Shown: positions 58,672 to 64,000 of the stretch, piece after piece
Position numbering within the stretch: position 1 is the stretch's first letter
Layout of the letters: each line of letters opens with the position of its first letter
Origin: Flavobacteriaceae bacterium UBA2765
Lineage (GTDB): Bacteria > Bacteroidota > Bacteroidia > Flavobacteriales > Flavobacteriaceae
NCBI GenBank assembly: GCA_002352665.1
Contig: DEIV01000007.1
Location: 39,766-103,765 of the forward strand
Direction of reading: 5' to 3'
Length of the DNA stretch: 64,000 bases
Made by a program: the position numbers and the translations under genes
The notes under the pieces: generated by a model
Told to the model about the DNA's origin: nothing
The model's database searches: none
The model's input: only the letters and a program-made list of their open reading frames with translations

Positions 58672-59643
58672 ATGCGAGAAGCAGCTTTTGTTAAAATACA
58701 TAAAGATAGATGGCAGTTATTTGAGAATGTGCTCGCAAAAAAAGAACAGATTAGCCCTGATAAATTATCTGACCTTTATATTGAAATTACAGATGATTTA
58801 AGTTATGCCAAAACATTTTATCCTAATAGTAATACTGTAAAATATTTAAATAGTATTGCAGCTAGTGCTCATCAAAAGATTTATAAGACAAAAAAAGAAG
58901 GCAAAAACAGGTTGATTAGTTTTTTTAAAACGGAATTTCCATTAGAATTTTATAACCACCAGAAACAATTGCTTATCGCATTTTTAGTTTTTGCGTTTTT
59001 TGCTATTGTCGGTGCATTTTCGGCTTCAGAAGATGGTGATTTTGTAAGGTTAATTCTTGGAGATAACTATGTGAATATGACCTTAGAAAATATTGAAAAA
59101 GGAGACCCAATGGCAGTTTATAAGCAAGAAGGTCAAACTGAAATGTTTGTTTCTATAACGATAAACAATATTAAAGTAGCTATGTATGCTTTTTTATTGG
59201 GTATTTTATTTTCAATAGGCACATTATATGTAATGATGCAGAATGGTATTATGTTAGGGTCTTTCTTATACTTTTTTTATGATAAGGATTTATTATGGGA
59301 ATCAACCAGAACCATTTGGATCCATGGTACCATAGAAATTTCTGTAATTATAATAGCGGGTTGTGCCGGAATGGTATTAGGTAACGGTTTACTTTTTCCG
59401 AAAACATATACCAGACTTGATTCTTTTAAAAAAAGTATAAAGACCGGATTAAAAATTATGGTAAGTACCATTCCCTTTTTTATTGTAGCAGGATTTTTAG
59501 AAGGGTTTGTAACAAGACATACAGAAATGCCAGATTGGTTGGCAATTATTGTTATTCTAGTCTCTTTAGCAGCTATTATTTATTATTATATTATTTATCC
59601 AATACAATTAACCAAGCAAATACAAGAAGATGGAGCACAATAG
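58672..59643 (+). CDS. SpoIIM (DUF95) family membrane protein
   Basis: MREAAFVK, NNIKVA, QNGIMLG, IHGTIEIS and AGFLEGFVT. Confidence 0.9.
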   Translation: MREAAFVKIHKDRWQLFENVLAKKEQISPDKLSDLYIEITDDLSYAKTFYPNSNTVKYLNSIAASAHQKIYKTKKEGKNRLISFFKTEFPLEFYNHQKQLLIAFLVFAFFAIVGAFSASEDGDFVRLILGDNYVNMTLENIEKGDPMAVYKQEGQTEMFVSITINNIKVAMYAFLLGILFSIGTLYVMMQNGIMLGSFLYFFYDKDLLWESTRTIWIHGTIEISVIIIAGCAGMVLGNGLLFPKTYTRLDSFKKSIKTGLKIMVSTIPFFIVAGFLEGFVTRHTEMPDWLAIIVILVSLAAIIYYYIIYPIQLTKQIQEDGAQ

Positions 59644-60520
59644 TTTTATTGAATTTAAAAAAGAAAGAGATTTAGGAGCCATTATAAATGATACATTTAA
59701 ATTTATAAGAGAAAATTGGAAGGCCTATTTTGGAGCTATCATCAAAATAGCAGGGCCAACTATTTTAGGGGGAGCTATTTTGATGGTTTTGTCATTAAGT
59801 TATTTTACTGGTGTTATTGGTGATATGCAAGGCCTGGCTGGAAGTGATGATCCTAATTCGGTTTTTGGTTTAATGGGATCTGTATTTGGATGGATGGGCT
59901 TATTATTTCTTATTATTATAGTAGTTTATGTAGTTGTATCTCTCACCTCTCTATACTATATAAAATCTTATATAAACACTAATGGCAATGTTGATATTGT
60001 TGATGTAAGAAATAATACATTCAAAAATATTTGGAAATTTATTGGACTGGGTATTTTAATTATTATCATGGTCTTTTTTGGTGCTATAATGTGCTATGTA
60101 CCCGGTATTTATTTATGGGTAGTATTGTCATTAGCCACATCTATTATGGTATTTGAAAACAAAAATATTGGCGATACTATTTCACATTGTTTTACTTTGA
60201 TAAAAGGAGAATGGTGGAACACCTTTGGTGTTGTATTATTAGTTGGCCTATTAGTTGGAATGTTAGGATATGTATTTTCTATTCCCGCACTAATTTATCA
60301 AATTATTAAAATGGGTACAATGATTGGAGAAAATGATCCAACTGATACTTTTAATTTACTTAGAGACCCCGTGTATGTAGCTTTAAATGTATTGTCTTAT
60401 GTTGGTAGATTTGTACTTTCTTCAATTACATTAATCGCCTCAGTATTTATTTATTATGATTTAAATGAACAAAAAAATTTAACAGGAACCATTGAAAAAA
60501 TAGACAGTTTAGGTCAATAA
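59630..60520 (+). CDS. Conserved integral membrane protein
   Basis: About 6 TMs; ERDLGAIINDTFKFIRENWK; IYYDLNEQKNLTG. Confidence 0.75.
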   Translation: MEHNSFIEFKKERDLGAIINDTFKFIRENWKAYFGAIIKIAGPTILGGAILMVLSLSYFTGVIGDMQGLAGSDDPNSVFGLMGSVFGWMGLLFLIIIVVYVVVSLTSLYYIKSYINTNGNVDIVDVRNNTFKNIWKFIGLGILIIIMVFFGAIMCYVPGIYLWVVLSLATSIMVFENKNIGDTISHCFTLIKGEWWNTFGVVLLVGLLVGMLGYVFSIPALIYQIIKMGTMIGENDPTDTFNLLRDPVYVALNVLSYVGRFVLSSITLIASVFIYYDLNEQKNLTGTIEKIDSLGQ

Positions 60521-60524
60521 CCCA

Positions 60525-61250
60525 TTGAAATATTATTTACTTTACATATTTGTATTATTTACTGTATCTATTACAGCCCAAAAAGATTCTCTTAAAGTTA
60601 ATTATGATAACCGCATGATTACACTAAAGCGGTTTGATGCTGATAATTTAGAAAAATATAGAACGGATAAAGAATTTAACTATGAAATCAAAAAAAGACA
60701 AACTACATTTTTAGAACGTTTTTTTAATTGGTTAAAACGAGTATTATACAATTTTTTATCTTGGTTATTTGGCAATGAAAAAGCAACTGGAATTTTAGCT
60801 ATAATAATTAAAATTGTACCTTATGTCATTGCAGCCATAGTTTTATTTTTATTGCTTAAATTCTTCTTAAAAGTTAATATGAGTCATATTATTTCTGGAA
60901 AAATAAATAAATCTACTGTGCAATTAACAGAAGATGAAGAATTGATTAAGAATCAAGATCTATCTGAATTGATACAGCAAGCGGTAGAGCAGAAAAATTA
61001 TCGTTTGGCAGTTAGATATTATTATTTATTGGCATTACAAAAACTCTCAAATCATCAAATAATTGATTGGCAGCAGCAAAAAACCAATGAAGATTATATC
61101 AAAGAAATAAAATCTCAAATTATAAAACAAAAATTCTCTTCAAGTACCTATTTATATGATTTTGTTTGGTATGGAAATTTTGAAATAAATGAATTAGAGT
61201 TTGCCAAAGCGGAAACTCAATTCAATGAATTAAATAAACTCATTTCATAG
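60525..61250 (+). CDS. DUF4129 domain protein
   Basis: YRLAVRYYYL, KTNEDY and YDFVWYGNF. Confidence 0.8.
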   Translation: MKYYLLYIFVLFTVSITAQKDSLKVNYDNRMITLKRFDADNLEKYRTDKEFNYEIKKRQTTFLERFFNWLKRVLYNFLSWLFGNEKATGILAIIIKIVPYVIAAIVLFLLLKFFLKVNMSHIISGKINKSTVQLTEDEELIKNQDLSELIQQAVEQKNYRLAVRYYYLLALQKLSNHQIIDWQQQKTNEDYIKEIKSQIIKQKFSSSTYLYDFVWYGNFEINELEFAKAETQFNELNKLIS

Positions 61251-61251
61251 T

Positions 61252-62448
61252 TTGGATAAAAAGACAAAAATATATCTTGGTGTTTTTATAGTCATTTTTA
61301 TTGCTATTATTTATGTAGAATATGTAAAACCTAAGCCGATTAATTGGTTTCCTTCCTATGTAGCCAAGCATAAAATGCCATATGGAACCTATGTTTTACG
61401 CAATGAATTGGATAATTTATTTCCGGAAACTACCATTGATAATATAGATATACCACCATATGTTTTTTTACAGGATAGTACAAAAAAAGGTACATATATT
61501 TTTATTGATGACGGATTAAATTTTGGAGAAGAAGAATTTGACAAACTATTAGCATTTGTAAATAGGGGTAACGATGTTTTTATCTCTACTCATGGTGTAA
61601 ATATTGATACCTTAAATTTAAAAACTGAACCTATTTCTTCCGTTGCCTATGAACAAAGTGTTTTTTTTAAATTATACAATAACAAACTAAGTACTAAGGA
61701 ATTTAAATTTGATAGAAGTTTTTACAATACTTCATTCTCTAAGATTGATACAGCACATGCCATTGCTTTAGGTAAAACTGGTTATATTAATGAAGACGAT
61801 AAGAGAGTTTCTGAAGGAATTAATTTTATAAAACACCCATTTGGTAAAGGAAATTTTTATTTTCATACTTTCCCAGAAGCATTTACCAATTATTATATAT
61901 TAAAATCTCCTAATCATGAATATTCAGCTTCAATTTTATCATATTTAGACAGTGCTAAACCAATATTTTGGGATGCTTATTATAAGTCTGGAAAAAAAAC
62001 CATGGCAGCCTCTCCAATGCAATATTTATTAAGCTCAAAAAGTTTAAAATGGGCTTATTACATAGCATTACTCGGCATATTATTTTTTGTGATTTTTGAA
62101 GGTAAACGAAAGCAAAGATATATTCCAATTATTACACCATTAAAAAATCAAACCTTAGCCTTTACTAGAACAATCGCCAATATGTATTATGAAAAATCAG
62201 AACATAAGAATATTGCAGAACATAAGATTACTTATATATTAGATTATATTCGTACGAAGTTGCATGTACCTACTATTGCTATTAATGATAATTTTTATAC
62301 CTATGTGGCTTCACGTAGTGGTAATAGCAAAGACAATGTTGTTAAGCTTTTCGATTATATTGATGAAATACATCAAAAAAATAATATTTCACCACAAGAA
62401 TTAATAAAACTAAATACTTTAATAGAAGCATTTAAAAATCCGAATTAA
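61252..62448 (+). CDS. DUF4350 domain protein
   Basis: N-terminal TM; KMPYGTYVL, GKGNFYFH..PEAFTNY; second TM; RKQRYIP...N.TLAF. Confidence 0.8.
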   Translation: MDKKTKIYLGVFIVIFIAIIYVEYVKPKPINWFPSYVAKHKMPYGTYVLRNELDNLFPETTIDNIDIPPYVFLQDSTKKGTYIFIDDGLNFGEEEFDKLLAFVNRGNDVFISTHGVNIDTLNLKTEPISSVAYEQSVFFKLYNNKLSTKEFKFDRSFYNTSFSKIDTAHAIALGKTGYINEDDKRVSEGINFIKHPFGKGNFYFHTFPEAFTNYYILKSPNHEYSASILSYLDSAKPIFWDAYYKSGKKTMAASPMQYLLSSKSLKWAYYIALLGILFFVIFEGKRKQRYIPIITPLKNQTLAFTRTIANMYYEKSEHKNIAEHKITYILDYIRTKLHVPTIAINDNFYTYVASRSGNSKDNVVKLFDYIDEIHQKNNISPQELIKLNTLIEAFKNPN

Positions 62449-62449
62449 T

Positions 62450-63454
62450 ATGGAAAATACACAAGAAAATCCAAAAGAAGAGGAATTACAATTTAATAAC
62501 AGGATAGATTTAAGCCAATTAAAAATTGCAGTTCAACAGATAAAAGAGCAATTGCATCAAGTAATTATTGGTCAAGATGAATTTATGGATTTGCTTTTGG
62601 TAGCATTATTGGCTGACGGTCATGTGCTAATAGAAGGTGTTCCTGGGGTAGCAAAAACAATTACGGCAAAATTATTAGCTAAGACCATACATACTAATTT
62701 TAATAGAATTCAATTTACACCTGATTTAATGCCGTCAGATATTTTAGGAACTTCAGTTCTAAATATGAAAACATCGGACTTCGAATTTAAAAAAGGGCCT
62801 ATTTTTTCAAATTTAGTATTGATAGATGAAATTAACAGGGCACCTGCAAAAACACAAGCAGCCTTATTTGAAGTAATGGAAGAAAGGCAAATTACTATTG
62901 ATGGCTCAAAATACCCAATGCAACCACCTTTTATGGTACTGGCAACACAAAACCCTATAGAACAAGAAGGTACCTATGCATTACCGGAAGCTCAATTAGA
63001 CCGTTTTTTGTTTAAAATTAATGTAGGTTATCCAAATTTAGAGGAAGAGGTTTTGATTATACAATCTCATAATAATCGTAAAGGAGCTTTACCGCAATCA
63101 TTAATTGCATCTGTTTTATCAGAAAAAGAACTGGCGGAATACCGAAGTAAAATATATGAAATTCTTGTCGAAGATAAGATAGTTAAATATATAGCAGAGA
63201 TCATTAGTAAAACCAGGAATCATCCACATTTATATTTAGGTGGTTCTCCAAGGGCAAGTATAGCAGTTTTAATGGCTGCTAAAGGTTTTGCCGCTATTCA
63301 AGGTAGAGATTTTGTGATACCAGAAGATGTTAAGAAAAGTATGTTCCCTGTTTTAAGACATAGAATTATTTTGACTCCAGAACGTGAAATGGAAGGAATG
63401 ACTACGGATAAAGTTATTGAAATGATCATCCAATCTGTTGAAGTGCCGAGATAA
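62450..63454 (+). CDS. moxR: MoxR family AAA+ ATPase
   Basis: Walker A GVPGVAKT, RIQFTPDLMPSD, Walker B LIDEINRAP, ATQNPIEQEGTY.LPEAQLDRF and SPRA. Confidence 0.95.
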   Translation: MENTQENPKEEELQFNNRIDLSQLKIAVQQIKEQLHQVIIGQDEFMDLLLVALLADGHVLIEGVPGVAKTITAKLLAKTIHTNFNRIQFTPDLMPSDILGTSVLNMKTSDFEFKKGPIFSNLVLIDEINRAPAKTQAALFEVMEERQITIDGSKYPMQPPFMVLATQNPIEQEGTYALPEAQLDRFLFKINVGYPNLEEEVLIIQSHNNRKGALPQSLIASVLSEKELAEYRSKIYEILVEDKIVKYIAEIISKTRNHPHLYLGGSPRASIAVLMAAKGFAAIQGRDFVIPEDVKKSMFPVLRHRIILTPEREMEGMTTDKVIEMIIQSVEVPR

Positions 63455-63486
63455 TCTTAACTTTGATCTAACAAACCATTGGTAAA

Positions 63487-64000
63487 ATGAGAATAATTCC
63501 GGCTATTGATATAATTGAAGGTAAATGTGTACGTCTGACTAAAGGCGATTATTCCACAAAAAAAATCTATAATGAAAACCCGTTAGAGATAGCAAAGGAG
63601 TTTGAAGCTCACGGTATTGAATATGTACATTTGGTTGATTTAGATGGAGCTAAGGCCAGTCATATAGTAAATTATAAAATTCTAGAGCAAATTGCTTCTA
63701 ACACTCAATTAAAAATTGATTTTGGGGGTGGATTAAAAACGGATGAAGATTTAAGAATTGCTTTTGATAGTGGAGCAAACCAAGTTACAGGAGGAAGTAT
63801 AGCTGTTATAGACCCAAATCGTTTTGAGCATTGGATTTCAACATACGGAAACGATAAAATTATTTTAGGTGCTGATGCCTTAGGAGAAAAAATAGCAATA
63901 GGTGGATGGTTAGAATCTTCTGAACAAGAATTGATACCTTTTATACAAAATTATCAGCAAAAAGGTATCCAATACGTTATTTGTACCGATATTAGTAAAG
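63487..64000 (+). CDS. hisA: ProFAR isomerase HisA, 3'-truncated by the window edge
   Basis: Absent from the ORF track. [41 protein letters not shown] and VICTDISK. Confidence 0.95.
   Translation, partial: MRIIPAIDIIEGKCVRLTKGDYSTKKIYNENPLEIAKEFEAHGIEYVHLVDLDGAKASHIVNYKILEQIASNTQLKIDFGGGLKTDEDLRIAFDSGANQVTGGSIAVIDPNRFEHWISTYGNDKIILGADALGEKIAIGGWLESSEQELIPFIQNYQQKGIQYVICTDISK

Noticed and set aside
58672-59643. Sporulation function for the SpoIIM-family gene
   Set aside because: The family name is historical; Bacteroidota do not sporulate, and the gene is in its usual RDD/MoxR context.

Overview
AT-rich Bacteroidota chromosome segment, most consistent with a Flavobacteriaceae member (TAnnTTTG promoters, T9SS cargo, hybrid two-component system). 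Core DNA occupies 1-16.8 kb (gyrA 3' end, TPR protein, NlpC/P60, thiolase, FAD oxidoreductase, 7TM-HD hydrolase, pta-ackA, and a symporter/GH13_18 phosphorylase/glycerate kinase cluster) and 54.2-64 kb (iorAB-like molybdoenzyme, transketolase N-subunit, RDD/SpoIIM/DUF4129/DUF4350/MoxR cluster, hisA 5' end). Between them lie about 36 kb of accessory DNA. (i) 17.6-40.9 kb: a LytS/LytTR pair followed by a nearly all co-oriented array of exported or membrane proteins (four MORN/YwqK-type, a LipL32 homolog, DKNYY-type), with several nonsense-disrupted genes and N-terminal stubs. (ii) 41.1-53.6 kb: stacked insertions between tRNA-Pro(TGG) and tRNA-Arg(TCT), delimited by two exact and one decayed copy of the tRNA-Pro 3' end, with no integrase visible. 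The best candidate for an undescribed system is the tRNA-proximal three-gene cassette (50356-53154). It encodes a T9SS-secreted protein with a papain-like Cys/His motif, translationally coupled to two paralogous partner proteins, one soluble-exported and one lipoprotein. All family calls come from motif recognition by eye; no searches were run.
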